Shown here: one piece after another, positions 27,780 to 38,498 of the stretch
Numbering within the stretch: position 1 is the stretch's first letter
Layout: each line of letters begins with the position of its first letter
Origin: a virus
Taxonomy: Duplodnaviria > Heunggongvirae > Uroviricota > Caudoviricetes
Virus record (IMG/VR): IMGVR_UViG_3300045988_154997
Location: 1-64,000 of that record
DNA: 64,000 nt
Direction: 5' to 3' (one strand)
Notes under the pieces: model-generated
Told to the model about the DNA's origin: nothing
Seen by the model: only the letters and a program-made list of their open reading frames with translations
Database searches by the model: none
Position numbers and translations under genes: made by a program

Positions 27780-28808
27780 TTACAGAGAGTCCAGCTCTCT
27801 CAGTAGCTCATCCAGACCTTCATCTTCCGTCGCAGATGCGGTTGCTACAGATGTCGCTGCGACTGCTTCAGACTCTTTGACTGATACGGCAACGGCAGCG
27901 GAACTTGCCTCTGGTTTAAATTCAGTTTCAACGGCACGGAGGATTTCTTCATCAACCAGACTGGTTGGTTCAGAAGCCGGTGTGTGCGCGGTTGCTACAG
28001 CCGTCGCTCCTTCTGTATGACCAGTGACAGAGCCAAATCCAGGTAGTGCCGCAGCCGATGTTTTCGCGGTTGAGGAAATTGCTGGTGCAGATGCTGCGGC
28101 AGTTGGTGCAGCGATGCCAATCAGACGACCCATAGTGCGAACTGTCGACAGAAGACGAGTTTCATCAGCCTGATTTGCGTATGCGATCAGATCATGCTGG
28201 GTGTTCCAGAATTTATCTTCGATATCGCCTTTGTAGACTTTACGCTTAGGCGAGACGTCATATTTGGTATCGCGACCAGAGCCAGTACGTTTAATCAGGA
28301 ATGCGTAGCCTTCCTCTTTGCTCAGTGGATTGCCGATATCATCAGCGATGTCTTCGGTGATTGCTTTGCAGATATCATCGAATACAGTAGACGGCAGCTC
28401 GATTAACTGGCATTTCTCAGCATCTGCGAAATCCTCACGAGCAGAAAGAATGCCGTTGACCAGGTAGCGAGGAGTGGCACGCATTTGACCGATGCGTTCT
28501 TCCATTGCTTTGTTACCCTTGTGACGAGCGCGACCTTCCATCACCATTTCGCATAGCTGACAAGCGCGACCGTGAGTATGTTGCTCACAAATATAAGCGT
28601 TGGTTGCTTCTTTACCTTCCTCGTTCTGATACTTAACGTAGTGCATACCGAAAGTCTGGAAGAACTTACCGTTTGGGTCGTCTTTATTCGGGAAGATGCG
28701 GATATAGTTGACGCCGTCTTTTAAGCGAGTCAGATCAACGTTGTTACCACGTTTGGCGGCAATGTCTTCACGAGTTTTGTTAAGCAAATCAAGTAATGTC
28801 TTAGACAT
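27780..28808 (-). CDS. putative ssDNA-binding protein (gp32-like?)
   Basis: Cys/His cluster CEQHTHGRACQLC, Ala/Ser/Thr-rich linker and acidic C-terminal tail DEGLDELLRELDSL; function inferred from architecture and neighbourhood. Confidence 0.4.
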   Translation of the reverse strand: MSKTLLDLLNKTREDIAAKRGNNVDLTRLKDGVNYIRIFPNKDDPNGKFFQTFGMHYVKYQNEEGKEATNAYICEQHTHGRACQLCEMVMEGRARHKGNKAMEERIGQMRATPRYLVNGILSAREDFADAEKCQLIELPSTVFDDICKAITEDIADDIGNPLSKEEGYAFLIKRTGSGRDTKYDVSPKRKVYKGDIEDKFWNTQHDLIAYANQADETRLLSTVRTMGRLIGIAAPTAAASAPAISSTAKTSAAALPGFGSVTGHTEGATAVATAHTPASEPTSLVDEEILRAVETEFKPEASSAAVAVSVKESEAVAATSVATASATEDEGLDELLRELDSL

Positions 28809-28925
28809 GTGTTTCTCCTTGTTGTGATTTGGCCGATGGCGCTATGCGCGTTGGGCTTTCGTTCATTCGTGGCTCTTTCGAGCTGTTAAATGATAGATCA
28901 GTACTTACTTATTATCTATCAAAAA

Positions 28926-29357
28926 TCAACGGGGAGTAATAAAGCGTTCAGAGCCTAATCGCTCTAATTCAACGATGGCCATCTTTGACGCCTGAACGAT
29001 CATGTCTCGGCGATGCGAAAAGGCGGCGACAGCATGTTTGTATATGTCTGCGATGTGCCGTGCTTCATCCAACTTCTGCCGTTTAGACAGATACTGTGGG
29101 TTTGTTTTAACCTTAGCGTCCAGTACAGATTCGTTGAACTTAATGCCGTTCATACTCAAGTTCTTACGCTCTGTGTCGTATAGCTTTGCTTCAACAGCTT
29201 CAAGGTTAAGTTTTGCTTCTGCGACACTTCTTTCTGCATGGGCGAGTTTTGAGCCATATTCCATCAACAGGCGGGGTTGTCTACGCCAGACTTCTTCCAG
29301 ATTGTCTCGGTCAAACTCGAGATCGGACATGATTTTTTCGTATATATTGGTGCTCAT
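28926..29357 (-). CDS. hypothetical coiled-coil protein
   Basis: 143-aa ORF. Confidence 0.5.
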   Translation of the reverse strand: MSTNIYEKIMSDLEFDRDNLEEVWRRQPRLLMEYGSKLAHAERSVAEAKLNLEAVEAKLYDTERKNLSMNGIKFNESVLDAKVKTNPQYLSKRQKLDEARHIADIYKHAVAAFSHRRDMIVQASKMAIVELERLGSERFITPR

Positions 29358-29601
29358 TTTGATAGATTCTCACTTATCATGATGTATTGATTATAGAGCT
29401 TAAATTAACGCTAATCCAAGATAGACCGTTATGCTATCTGCTCGAACAACCATTTCTTAGGGCTTGTTAATTGCAGGAGTTTCTCCTATTGTGTTCGTGG
29501 ATTTAATCGAAAGAAATATGGGTTTTGAAAAGGATAGAATCTTCATGTTTCCGCACAGCATTTATCATTAATTATTCAAATTAAAAGGAAATATTATCCT
29601 C

Positions 29602-30192
29602 ATGTTTGATATTTATAATTTATTAAAGCAAATAGCAGAGAACACGAAACCTGACCATTCTGCTATTTGGATTGCTGTAATATCTTCAATATCAGCTATT
29701 GCAGGCGCTGCTATTGGTGCATATTTGTTATATCGAGGCACAAACGAACAAATTAATTCTGCTGCTGCTATTGAAGATAAAAAATTAAAAGCAACTATAA
29801 TTACCGCAGAAAGACTTCGTTGGCTTCAAGAGCTAAGGTCAAGAAGTAGTGAGTTTTATGCGAATCTCGATATGAATTACAACTTATTAAAACGACCGAT
29901 AAATCCGCAGGCAATCCCGACATATCAACAAGCTGGGGACGAACTGGCGAAAATTGTAATGATTCAATGCAATCAGATAATTGTATTGCTTAATCCTAAA
30001 AAAACTCATCAGCAAACTATTTTTAATAAATGTAATGATGCACTTAAATTTTTCATGGAATGCGTCGAAGAAAAAAATAATGGTAATCTGAACTTTGATG
30101 ATTCCAAGTATGCGGAAATAAAAAACGATTACTTTAATGCTTTAACTGAAATAGGTATTGAAACTTGGAAGCAGATAAAAGAGTTAAGTTGA
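29602..30192 (+). CDS. AT-rich membrane-anchored protein, unknown function (accessory)
   Basis: 196-aa plus-strand ORF with N-terminal TM segment AIWIAVISSISAIAGAAIGAYLLY; visibly low GC; own terminator. Confidence 0.5.
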   Translation: MFDIYNLLKQIAENTKPDHSAIWIAVISSISAIAGAAIGAYLLYRGTNEQINSAAAIEDKKLKATIITAERLRWLQELRSRSSEFYANLDMNYNLLKRPINPQAIPTYQQAGDELAKIVMIQCNQIIVLLNPKKTHQQTIFNKCNDALKFFMECVEEKNNGNLNFDDSKYAEIKNDYFNALTEIGIETWKQIKELS

Positions 30193-30253
30193 TGTCTTAT
30201 TGGCGGAAGATAATTAATAACTATCACTACACGGAATCTGCAATTAATAAATG

Positions 30254-30280
30254 AAACCCGCGATTGGCGGGTTTTTTATT
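30254..30280 (+). terminator. Rho-independent terminator (CCCGC-gattg-GCGGG + TTTTTT)
   Basis: Read directly, 60 nt after the 29602..30192 stop. Confidence 0.7.
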
Positions 30281-30410
30281 TATGCGACTTTCTTACCCAA
30301 GATGTTGGATAGAGTGACTCTGGTCTAGCGTTTCAGCCTGTACTATCTCACATCGCCAATCTTGTTTACTTTCATAAACTCTTTGGCCTCCTTTATGGTG
30401 TTTTCTTTAT

Positions 30411-33400
30411 TCATTTGCTAATAGTCTCCGCTACCTCTGCCAGAATTGCTTCCAGCTTTTCGCCTTCCTCTGGGCGAAAGTACAAAATATTCGGGTTAAA
30501 TCCGTAGAAAACAGTCACATCCAGCTCCGGCAGATACTCTTTGCGTCCAACCAGGTCGGATGGTTTGATCTTGTTGTTGAAGAGCGACGTTGCCCGGCTG
30601 CCACACGTCAGCACATAGGTCGGACGCACCAGATTGATCTCTTCACGCATAAAGTCGGTGAACTGGCCGATCTCGTCTTTGGTGTAGTCTTTTTCTTTGT
30701 CTTTAACCTTCTTGCAAACGCCTGTGACATAGAGATCGCCCATGCGTAAATCTCCAGCCGTCAATAGCTTGGCCTTAAAATCGTCGTATCCGTTCTCCAT
30801 AAAGTAACCGGTTCGAGCATCATTGCCGTTCGCATTGTCCAGAATGATCATGATTTTCGGCTTAATACCAATGCTGGGGCGGATTAGTTCATCACCTAAG
30901 CCCATTTCAGCCGCCATCCGTGTCATGAGCACGTTAATCTCAGCCGAACGTTTGGGGTTCATCTCAAACGGACGTGAGGCTTTAACTGCATCTATGACAA
31001 GGTTTCCCATCAATTCAGCCTGGTCGCGGAGGCGCTCTGGATCAGTTGCTGGCAGACTACCTGGCTCGATGGATGCAAACGCCCCTACTTTTTGCAGCGA
31101 TTCGCGCACTCGACTATTACAGGCACGTTTCTCGACAGCTTCTTCGAATTGCGCAAGTGACTCGAATTTGCCGCCAACCTTTTCTCGCGCTCTCATGATG
31201 GCCTGGCAGCCATTCTCAGAACACCCCTTCACAGCAGAGAAGGGCGCATACAGCACCTGGCTGCCATCTTCAAGCGTGCGGATCTCGATTCGGTTAGATG
31301 ACATGTTAACGTCTGGTGGCAATACGCGAATACCATAGGTCAGCGCATCTTTAACCAGCCCCTGGTGTTTATCTTCGCCAAGAATAGTGAGAGCAGCAGC
31401 GAAAAACTCTGCGGGATAATGAGTTTTCAACCACATAGATTGATAACTGATTAAGGAGTAAGCAACAGAGTGTGATTTGTTGAACTGGTAGGCACCATTC
31501 TTTTCGAATGCGGTCCAGATCTCCTTCGCTTTCATCTCTGATAGCCCTGGATGTGACGCTGTAACGCGTACTGCGTTTATAGGTAGTTTTGCACCGAACT
31601 CAAGTGCCTCTTCGACAGTTTTCAGAGTTCCGTCTTCGCATTTAAAATGTTCCGCACGGTGAATGCGCTGTGTAGTGCCATCTTCCAGCTCAACGTCGAT
31701 CCAGCCAGCTTGAGCCTGAACGATGAACTTCTCACCCATGCTCTTCATTTTCTCCATGTCTTTTTTGCCGATCGCTTTACGAACGCCGTCAGCTTCAGCC
31801 ATTGTGAAGCCGGCAAGCAATCGAGTCGCGTTCATCGTCTGTTCCTGATAGAGAATCACGCCATTTGTTTCTGCGGTAAGTTCATCAAGAACGGGGTGTA
31901 ATGATTCCGGCGTCATAAAGCCTTTGGCGACAGAAACATAATCATCCAACATGCCTGACTGAATTGGCCCCGGCCGGAAGAGCGCAGTCGTAGCAACGAC
32001 CGTTTTAAAGCTCATTGGCTCAATTCCACCACCTAAATCTTTAAGCAGCTTGCGCATTGGGCCTGATTCAAGCTGGAAAACACCTTGAGTGTACCCAGCA
32101 GCAAAACCATCCAGCACCTTGCGATCTTCAAGAGAAATGGCATCAAGATTGATATCCTCACCTGTGTTCTCTTTAATGTAGCGTTTTGCACTATCGAGCA
32201 AATCGAGAGTCGCCAGGCCAAGTACGTCCAGCTTAATTAGGCCCATAGCCTCGCAGTAACGCTTGTCAAATGCGATACAACGCGCGTCACCACGTCGTTC
32301 AACCGGTGTTCGTTCTGTCAGAGGAACACCTGCTACGATCATCCCTGCCGCATGTCTACCATAGCCACGCATAAGGCTTTGTAACTTGCAGGCTGCATTG
32401 AATGCATCAGGATATTTTGTCGCGTATTTGTCGAGGCTTGCCAGTTGTTCGCGCAGCTCTTCCAATGGAAGGCTATCATCCTCGACGTTCTTCAGTTCTT
32501 TTGATACCGCCATATCTGCGGACTCCACACCATAAATACGAGCGGTGTCACGTAGTGCAGAGGCCGCGCCCAGGTAGGTGAAGTTCGGAATGCCTGCAAC
32601 GTAATCTTCGCCGTAGCGTTCATTCAGATACTCGATCACCTCATGGCGACGTGCCTGGCTGAAGTCCAAGTCCGCATCTGGCAAGTCGAGACGCTCAGGG
32701 TTGATGAAACGTTCAAACAGAAGACCGTGACGGATAGGGTCGACGTTGGTTATGCCTATGCACCATGCCACCAAAGAGCCAGCGGAGGAACCACGACCAG
32801 GCCCGACAGGAATGCCAGTTTCACGGCTGTGATTCATCAGATCGCGTACCATCAGGAAGTAACCACAAAATCCCAGGCGAGTAAGCGTGTCCATTTCGTA
32901 CTTAAGTCGCTCAACATAAACCCTGTTCTCAGAAGCCGGTGGTGTGTAGCCAAACTCTTTTGTGGTAAGACGTTTACGCAGCCCAGCAACGGCCAGTTTC
33001 ATCAGCGTTGCAGGCTCGTCGTCTGCCATCTTTGGCAGTGCTGGTGGCAATTCATGCCAGCGCCATGTGCAGGCATCGATAATGGTATCCTGCGTTGTTG
33101 AGGCCATTGCGGCTGTTACCGGCACATCCATGCGAACGGAGAAGGCTTTCAGCGCCTCAAGGAGATGGCGGCGACCATTGACGGCGTTATCTCGCTGGTG
33201 GGGGATACGCAGACGATGCGGCTGGTCGATTTTGATGTTGTTCGTAACCATGTGCGCAATGTCTTTAATGTCTGCATCGTCGATCGATTCGTAATAAGCG
33301 GGATAGAACGCTACTGGCTCTATTTTCAGTGCGCTGGCGACTTTCATCGCCCGGACGTTAATCTGGTCGTAGAATGGGGTAGGGTGCGGATAAACCACAC

Positions 33401-33929
33401 TATAGAAGTTGTTTTTTCCACCCGCTGTAATCAGTGAGCTTATGATTTTTGCAAAATCGTTGCGTTGGTACACGCTACCGATGTCGGCAGTGAGCAGGAT
33501 GATGTTGCCTTTGGCATATGTAGAAACCAACTGTTCGAGCGAGAGACGCGGTACAAAGTAGAACTGTTCTCGTGTGTTGGCCGCCGTCATTAGTTCGCAG
33601 ATGTCTCGATATCCCTGCTCATTTTTAATTAGAGCGGTAAAGGAGTAGTTCCGCCCACGCTCTAATGATTCCATACATCCCATAGACTCTTTAGCAAGTT
33701 TAGCCCGGTGCTCGTATGTGGGATCATCAACAATGTTTAGTTTCACACCACAAATAACCGCCATGTCGTCACCAGCGGCACGTTGTAGTGGAATAACACT
33801 CGCAATATTCATGCTATCTGCCGAAATTACAGCGGTGTAGCCAGCTTCTCTGGCAATCTTCACCGCGTTTTCTGCTTTTAGAGCCGACTCCCCAAGAGAG
33901 AAGTCAGTTCGAACCATCAGAGCCTTCAT
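30411..33929 (-). CDS. dnaE: DNA polymerase III alpha-type (DnaE-family) replicative polymerase
   Basis: 1172-aa ORF; N-terminal PHP-like region (VRTDFSLGES...), central regions GxGRGS...SLV and C-terminal regions typical of DnaE. Confidence 0.85.
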   Translation of the reverse strand: MKALMVRTDFSLGESALKAENAVKIAREAGYTAVISADSMNIASVIPLQRAAGDDMAVICGVKLNIVDDPTYEHRAKLAKESMGCMESLERGRNYSFTALIKNEQGYRDICELMTAANTREQFYFVPRLSLEQLVSTYAKGNIILLTADIGSVYQRNDFAKIISSLITAGGKNNFYSVVYPHPTPFYDQINVRAMKVASALKIEPVAFYPAYYESIDDADIKDIAHMVTNNIKIDQPHRLRIPHQRDNAVNGRRHLLEALKAFSVRMDVPVTAAMASTTQDTIIDACTWRWHELPPALPKMADDEPATLMKLAVAGLRKRLTTKEFGYTPPASENRVYVERLKYEMDTLTRLGFCGYFLMVRDLMNHSRETGIPVGPGRGSSAGSLVAWCIGITNVDPIRHGLLFERFINPERLDLPDADLDFSQARRHEVIEYLNERYGEDYVAGIPNFTYLGAASALRDTARIYGVESADMAVSKELKNVEDDSLPLEELREQLASLDKYATKYPDAFNAACKLQSLMRGYGRHAAGMIVAGVPLTERTPVERRGDARCIAFDKRYCEAMGLIKLDVLGLATLDLLDSAKRYIKENTGEDINLDAISLEDRKVLDGFAAGYTQGVFQLESGPMRKLLKDLGGGIEPMSFKTVVATTALFRPGPIQSGMLDDYVSVAKGFMTPESLHPVLDELTAETNGVILYQEQTMNATRLLAGFTMAEADGVRKAIGKKDMEKMKSMGEKFIVQAQAGWIDVELEDGTTQRIHRAEHFKCEDGTLKTVEEALEFGAKLPINAVRVTASHPGLSEMKAKEIWTAFEKNGAYQFNKSHSVAYSLISYQSMWLKTHYPAEFFAAALTILGEDKHQGLVKDALTYGIRVLPPDVNMSSNRIEIRTLEDGSQVLYAPFSAVKGCSENGCQAIMRAREKVGGKFESLAQFEEAVEKRACNSRVRESLQKVGAFASIEPGSLPATDPERLRDQAELMGNLVIDAVKASRPFEMNPKRSAEINVLMTRMAAEMGLGDELIRPSIGIKPKIMIILDNANGNDARTGYFMENGYDDFKAKLLTAGDLRMGDLYVTGVCKKVKDKEKDYTKDEIGQFTDFMREEINLVRPTYVLTCGSRATSLFNNKIKPSDLVGRKEYLPELDVTVFYGFNPNILYFRPEEGEKLEAILAEVAETISK

Positions 33930-34107
33930 GTGTTTTTACCTTTCTGGTTTTTTTGATTTTGTCATTGGGGAAGCCTACGAATTTCCCATACATCGAAATC
34001 GCAACTTCTTTTGCTGATTGGTGACAATCGGGCTTGTCTGGACACACCAGACAAGCCTTGCCAGTTTCAGAAGCAGCGATAAGAGAGCCGAAACATCCTT
34101 TACGCAC
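33904..34107 (-). CDS. small Cys-rich protein, uncertain
   Basis: 67-aa ORF with CLVCPDKPDCH; overlaps dnaE start by 26 nt. Confidence 0.3.
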   Translation of the reverse strand: MRKGCFGSLIAASETGKACLVCPDKPDCHQSAKEVAISMYGKFVGFPNDKIKKTRKVKTHEGSDGSN

Positions 34108-34109
34108 GA

Positions 34110-35345
34110 TTAACCAAATATTTTTTGAACAACTTCACGTGCCGCTTGCGCAGAAGCTGAAGGGAGTTTGTTAATGAAAGAACGCTCAATACCTGTCACA
34201 AAGTCGCCTCGCATCATTCCAATCTTGGCCGACAACAAAAGTTCACGAGGGCCAATCGGCTGACTGATCAGGTGTTCTTCGTATCCATCGCGAACGATAC
34301 CGGCAAACTTAACCATCTTTTCAGCGTATTCATCCACGATGCCAGCATTTATCAACATGTTGATCTCTGCCTCTTTGCTCATGTATTTCACATTCGAAAC
34401 GATGCCAAAACGCGAAAAGTTAGCGGCGTTCTGGATGTTTGTACCCTGGTACAAGCCGGTTTCATCACCAGATCCGTTCGTGTTGCCAGTGCCAATGAAA
34501 GCAAACCGTTCATGCGGAGTAATGCGACGCCATTCTTGAGTCGCCTCTTTGATGACCAACGCTTCACCTTCCAGCACTGGCTGATACACGCCAAGAATCT
34601 GTGGAAACGCAAAGTCGTATTCATCCGCGAGGTAAACCCAGCCATGCTTCATTGCGAGCGCAAGCAAGCCAGGCTCGAAATACGTAGAGCCATCACGCGC
34701 CAGAATTTGTCCCGTAACATGAGCCTCTTCCATTGATGCTGTATGTTGGGCACGGATTAACGGACGATTGAGCAAAGCACATAGTTGTGTAGGCAATGAA
34801 GATTTGCCTGTTCCTGCATGACCCCACAAATAGCCTGGTATGCCAAGTTCAAGCATCATGAAAATGTCTTTGATCAGTTCGAAGTCGCCATATACGTATC
34901 CCTTCTTCACTTCTGGAACGAACTCTGGAAACGGCGTATTGACGTTGACGCTAACCATGAGCGGCGTCCCACGTTTTGTTCCGAGTTCTTTCACCGTTAC
35001 ATTTAGCAGTTCGTGAGCTGCGACCAGATCTGTCTTGTACTCAACTGTGCCTGTATAGCCTGGGCTATTGGTCACGCCAGATGATTTGGCCATTTCGCTT
35101 ATTTGCTCGGCACGTTTAGCTTGAATTGCATCAAGTGCCTTTTTCGATAGCGTTGGCTCATCTGGAAACTGCGTTGTGTACATTTTCAGTACGGTGTCAG
35201 GATCGGCATCTTTTACTGACTCAGGAATGCCCTCGCAATTACCATTGGCTACATGGGACTTAAAATAGTGAAATGATTTTCCGCACCACTTGCAAACAAG
35301 GTAATCAGAAGGATTTTTTTCATTTTGCAGTGCAGTAGTAGTCAT
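34110..35345 (-). CDS. MoxR/CobS-like AAA+ ATPase
   Basis: Walker A GHAGTGKSSL, Walker B-like WVYLADEYD; N-terminal Cys/His (CKWCGKSFHYFKSH) zinc-finger-like segment. Confidence 0.75.
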   Translation of the reverse strand: MTTTALQNEKNPSDYLVCKWCGKSFHYFKSHVANGNCEGIPESVKDADPDTVLKMYTTQFPDEPTLSKKALDAIQAKRAEQISEMAKSSGVTNSPGYTGTVEYKTDLVAAHELLNVTVKELGTKRGTPLMVSVNVNTPFPEFVPEVKKGYVYGDFELIKDIFMMLELGIPGYLWGHAGTGKSSLPTQLCALLNRPLIRAQHTASMEEAHVTGQILARDGSTYFEPGLLALAMKHGWVYLADEYDFAFPQILGVYQPVLEGEALVIKEATQEWRRITPHERFAFIGTGNTNGSGDETGLYQGTNIQNAANFSRFGIVSNVKYMSKEAEINMLINAGIVDEYAEKMVKFAGIVRDGYEEHLISQPIGPRELLLSAKIGMMRGDFVTGIERSFINKLPSASAQAAREVVQKIFG

Positions 35346-35440
35346 GCGTTTTTCCTTTGTTTTCTAATGAGCTTTCAACTTCTTATATAAATATACCATC
35401 AAATATCGTAAGTGATTACTTATCATTAAGGCTATTCTAA

Positions 35441-37549
35441 TCACTTCAAAATGATACGAGATAGTTCAGTAACTACAGATGAACCAAGACTATCAACGCT
35501 CGTTACCAGGGCATGGTTTGCGTAAAATCTCTCCGGTGCGTCAGTCATGATGCCAATTGCCATCAAATCAATGTCAGTCTGCGTTTCAATTTGCTTCGCA
35601 ACCGAACGCAAATGAGCGTCAAAACCTCTCCCAACAGCCCACGGCGCGCCATCGCTTAGAACAAGCATGATCTTCTTGTCCTCCATGCGACCAGAAAATA
35701 ACGATGCAAGGCTGGCTATGCTTTCACCATCCACGTTATTAAGAAGTGGGAATGTGTAGCCTACGCACCCCATACGTGAGCGAACTTCGCGAGAATTGGC
35801 CTTTTCATTCCAATTTTTGATGATAGGTAGCATTAAAGATTCAAAGCGAGAGAACTCATACTTGATTGCCTTAAGCTCTCCTGCTGCCATATGACTACCA
35901 AATGTTGTGAAGCCGGTGATAATGTTGGGAACATTTATTCGATCAAGCGCATCGGCGATGGTATATGCACTTGCAAGAGCCAGTTTAATCGTTTCGCCGC
36001 TCATTGAACCTGATAAATCAATCACTTGTTGAACACAGGCGTTAACGGCCTTAGATTCTTCTTTTTTACGAAACACGCGATCATCATTCATTGCTAATCT
36101 GTAGATACTAGAACCATGAATGCGCCCCCGACGCTGGCCCGGTATAAACTGAACTCTGTTTCTGCTTGCAATTGCACGCTCCAGGTCTTTTGCCAGCGTC
36201 GACGAAACACCTGACGAAAGATGCTTTTCAATATATTTGTCGAAGAGTTGGTTGCCTTCAGGAACGATGCGATAACGGCTGATTGGATATCCACCTAAAT
36301 CAATATCGGAGAATGTTTTAATAAGCCGTTTGATATGGGCTTCTGCCTGATCAATCGAACCGATGAAGTCGTATGAGCGATTGTATGGCCTGTATTCGCT
36401 TTTCGAGCTTTCTGTTAACTCGCTTTTAATCGTTTCGGATAGTGCATCTTCTGTCATGCCTCCGACTTCATCTTCCATGCTATCAAGCTCCTCTAAAGCC
36501 TCTTCCAGACTCATTTTGGACGGAGTGGGAATGTCTGAAGAGCCGTCTTCTGCCGTTTTTCTTTTTTCGTGATCCGAGGTAGTTGCTTCTGTCGTCGCGC
36601 TATTGGAAGTATCAGAATCTAATACCTCTTTATCATTTTTTGTATCATCGAATATTGTTTCTGATGATTCAGAATTATCTGAATCATCACTATCGTTATT
36701 ATCATGTATGTACTTACCTTGTGACTCATCATCTATAGATATGTGGTTATCTAGCATCTCATGTGTCTTGTGATCTTCATTGTCTTCATTACTTTCTCCA
36801 GAGGAATCCGCTTGGTCAGCGTCTGAAGGATCGGGAGTTTTTCCCGGAGCTGACTCCTTACCTTTGCTTTCACTTTCAGTGTCTTTGAGGATCTTAGCTA
36901 TGGTCGCAGCCACCTTTACACAATCCTCGGTGCAGGACATGTTACGCGCGGCCACATCGATACCATGTTTTTTTAATAATGAAATTGGTTTCTCAATGAC
37001 AGGCCAGTATTCATCCATGAAATCTACGAACGGTGCTTGGCCATCCCAGGCTCTTACAACCGGACAGAGAAAGAAGTTTAGAAAAAGCGCGCGCTGATCT
37101 TTGCCACAATAAGCAATAGCCTCTGAAGCCTTTGGTTTAAAGACTTTTTCGATTATAAGGCGCTGAGTTGCCATCAGATTACGTCTTGTTCCGTTAAAGA
37201 CCTGACCCATTTTTCGCTCGATGAACACGTCTTCTAAGGCATTCCATAGCGACCAGGAAGGAACGCGTCCTTTTTCTCTCATTTTGTTGGACACACGAAT
37301 ATCGGTAAACAAAATGTGAGCAACCTCATGATCGAGAAATCCGCGCACAGCATTCATCAATGCCGGTGTTGCGTTATCCGGGATTGATGGGATGTTTACG
37401 AGAATTGGCTCTCCATCATCGTTATAGCGTACATAAGCGTCGTCCCCTCGTTCTGCAACAGGGATGTTTTTACCTGAAAGGAGAGCGACTACTCGTTTTA
37501 CACTGTCACGGAAGTCCTGAACCTCTTTGATGGAACGTTTTTTAGACAT
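35441..37549 (-). CDS. von Willebrand factor A (VWA) domain protein, CobT-like partner of the AAA+ ATPase
   Basis: MIDAS motif VIDLSGSMSG; long Asp/Glu/Ser-rich low-complexity central region. Confidence 0.7.
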   Translation of the reverse strand: MSKKRSIKEVQDFRDSVKRVVALLSGKNIPVAERGDDAYVRYNDDGEPILVNIPSIPDNATPALMNAVRGFLDHEVAHILFTDIRVSNKMREKGRVPSWSLWNALEDVFIERKMGQVFNGTRRNLMATQRLIIEKVFKPKASEAIAYCGKDQRALFLNFFLCPVVRAWDGQAPFVDFMDEYWPVIEKPISLLKKHGIDVAARNMSCTEDCVKVAATIAKILKDTESESKGKESAPGKTPDPSDADQADSSGESNEDNEDHKTHEMLDNHISIDDESQGKYIHDNNDSDDSDNSESSETIFDDTKNDKEVLDSDTSNSATTEATTSDHEKRKTAEDGSSDIPTPSKMSLEEALEELDSMEDEVGGMTEDALSETIKSELTESSKSEYRPYNRSYDFIGSIDQAEAHIKRLIKTFSDIDLGGYPISRYRIVPEGNQLFDKYIEKHLSSGVSSTLAKDLERAIASRNRVQFIPGQRRGRIHGSSIYRLAMNDDRVFRKKEESKAVNACVQQVIDLSGSMSGETIKLALASAYTIADALDRINVPNIITGFTTFGSHMAAGELKAIKYEFSRFESLMLPIIKNWNEKANSREVRSRMGCVGYTFPLLNNVDGESIASLASLFSGRMEDKKIMLVLSDGAPWAVGRGFDAHLRSVAKQIETQTDIDLMAIGIMTDAPERFYANHALVTSVDSLGSSVVTELSRIILK

Positions 37550-37647
37550 GGCTAATCCTTTGTTATGAAAACAAATTATTTACTAGTGTGTTTAATGTAG
37601 CACTGCGCGAACAGGGAACTAAGCCATTCGCGCAGGGAGAAGAGGGG

Positions 37648-37860
37648 TTAACAGATTCTGACGGCTAAAGACCCGGAGCCGGTATTGAGAAGCGTGAAGC
37701 GTTTGTTGTTAAGTTCGAATATAAAGCCAGTGGTGTCATTCACACCAACCTGAATCTGCTCATTCGGTAGATCGGTAAGGATGTCTGTTACACACTCAAC
37801 AGCTAATTTTTGTACGTGTCCGATCTCAAGAGCGATTAGGCTGGAAATAGTGGTGTTCAT
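37648..37860 (-). CDS. hypothetical small protein
   Basis: 70-aa ORF. Confidence 0.35.
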   Translation of the reverse strand: MNTTISSLIALEIGHVQKLAVECVTDILTDLPNEQIQVGVNDTTGFIFELNNKRFTLLNTGSGSLAVRIC

Positions 37861-38105
37861 TCAATCAATCCATTCTAACTTATACTATGGTAAGGAATAC
37901 TACTAAAATTTGTATCAATACTGAATACATTCATATCATATGCAAGTTACTTTTCTTACCTATTTTGGGCTAATTTTTCTCCGTGCAATGGCCTTTAACC
38001 GGTCTTTTAAGTGCCTATCGAAAAAAATGATAATAGCTTTACAACCCTAACCTTTGATGTAATATCGGTAAGCACTTACCAGAGAGAATTGAACGCGCAA
38101 AGGTT

Positions 38106-38498
38106 GTGACCATGTCTGATAACAAGATTGAATTTATAGAAAGTCGCTACGCTGCTTTTATCGCAGGGTTGATTGAATCCTCACCTATGAGCCAGGCCCA
38201 GATAGCCAAAACAATTGGGTATAAAAACGCCAACAACCTTTCTTTAATTAAAAGCGGCAAAATTCCTTTGCCTATCGATAAGGTTCGTCCGCTGGCGCTG
38301 GCACTGGGTATTGAGCCAAGTCGTCTTATGATGATGGTGCTGGAAGAACGCCAACCCGAACTCGCAGCATTTTTATACAAAGAAGGCACTGCTCCTCTTA
38401 ACGAGGACGAAAAACAGGTTCTTGCTGCATATAACGAGCGATTCGGTAAAGAGAAAGGCGCATCACAAAAGGTTGTTGAGGCCATAAAGTCTCTATGA
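38106..38498 (+). CDS. XRE/Cro-type helix-turn-helix transcriptional regulator
   Basis: MSQAQIAKTIGYKNANNLSLIKSG...ALALGIEPSRL HTH pattern. Confidence 0.6.
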   Translation: MTMSDNKIEFIESRYAAFIAGLIESSPMSQAQIAKTIGYKNANNLSLIKSGKIPLPIDKVRPLALALGIEPSRLMMMVLEERQPELAAFLYKEGTAPLNEDEKQVLAAYNERFGKEKGASQKVVEAIKSL

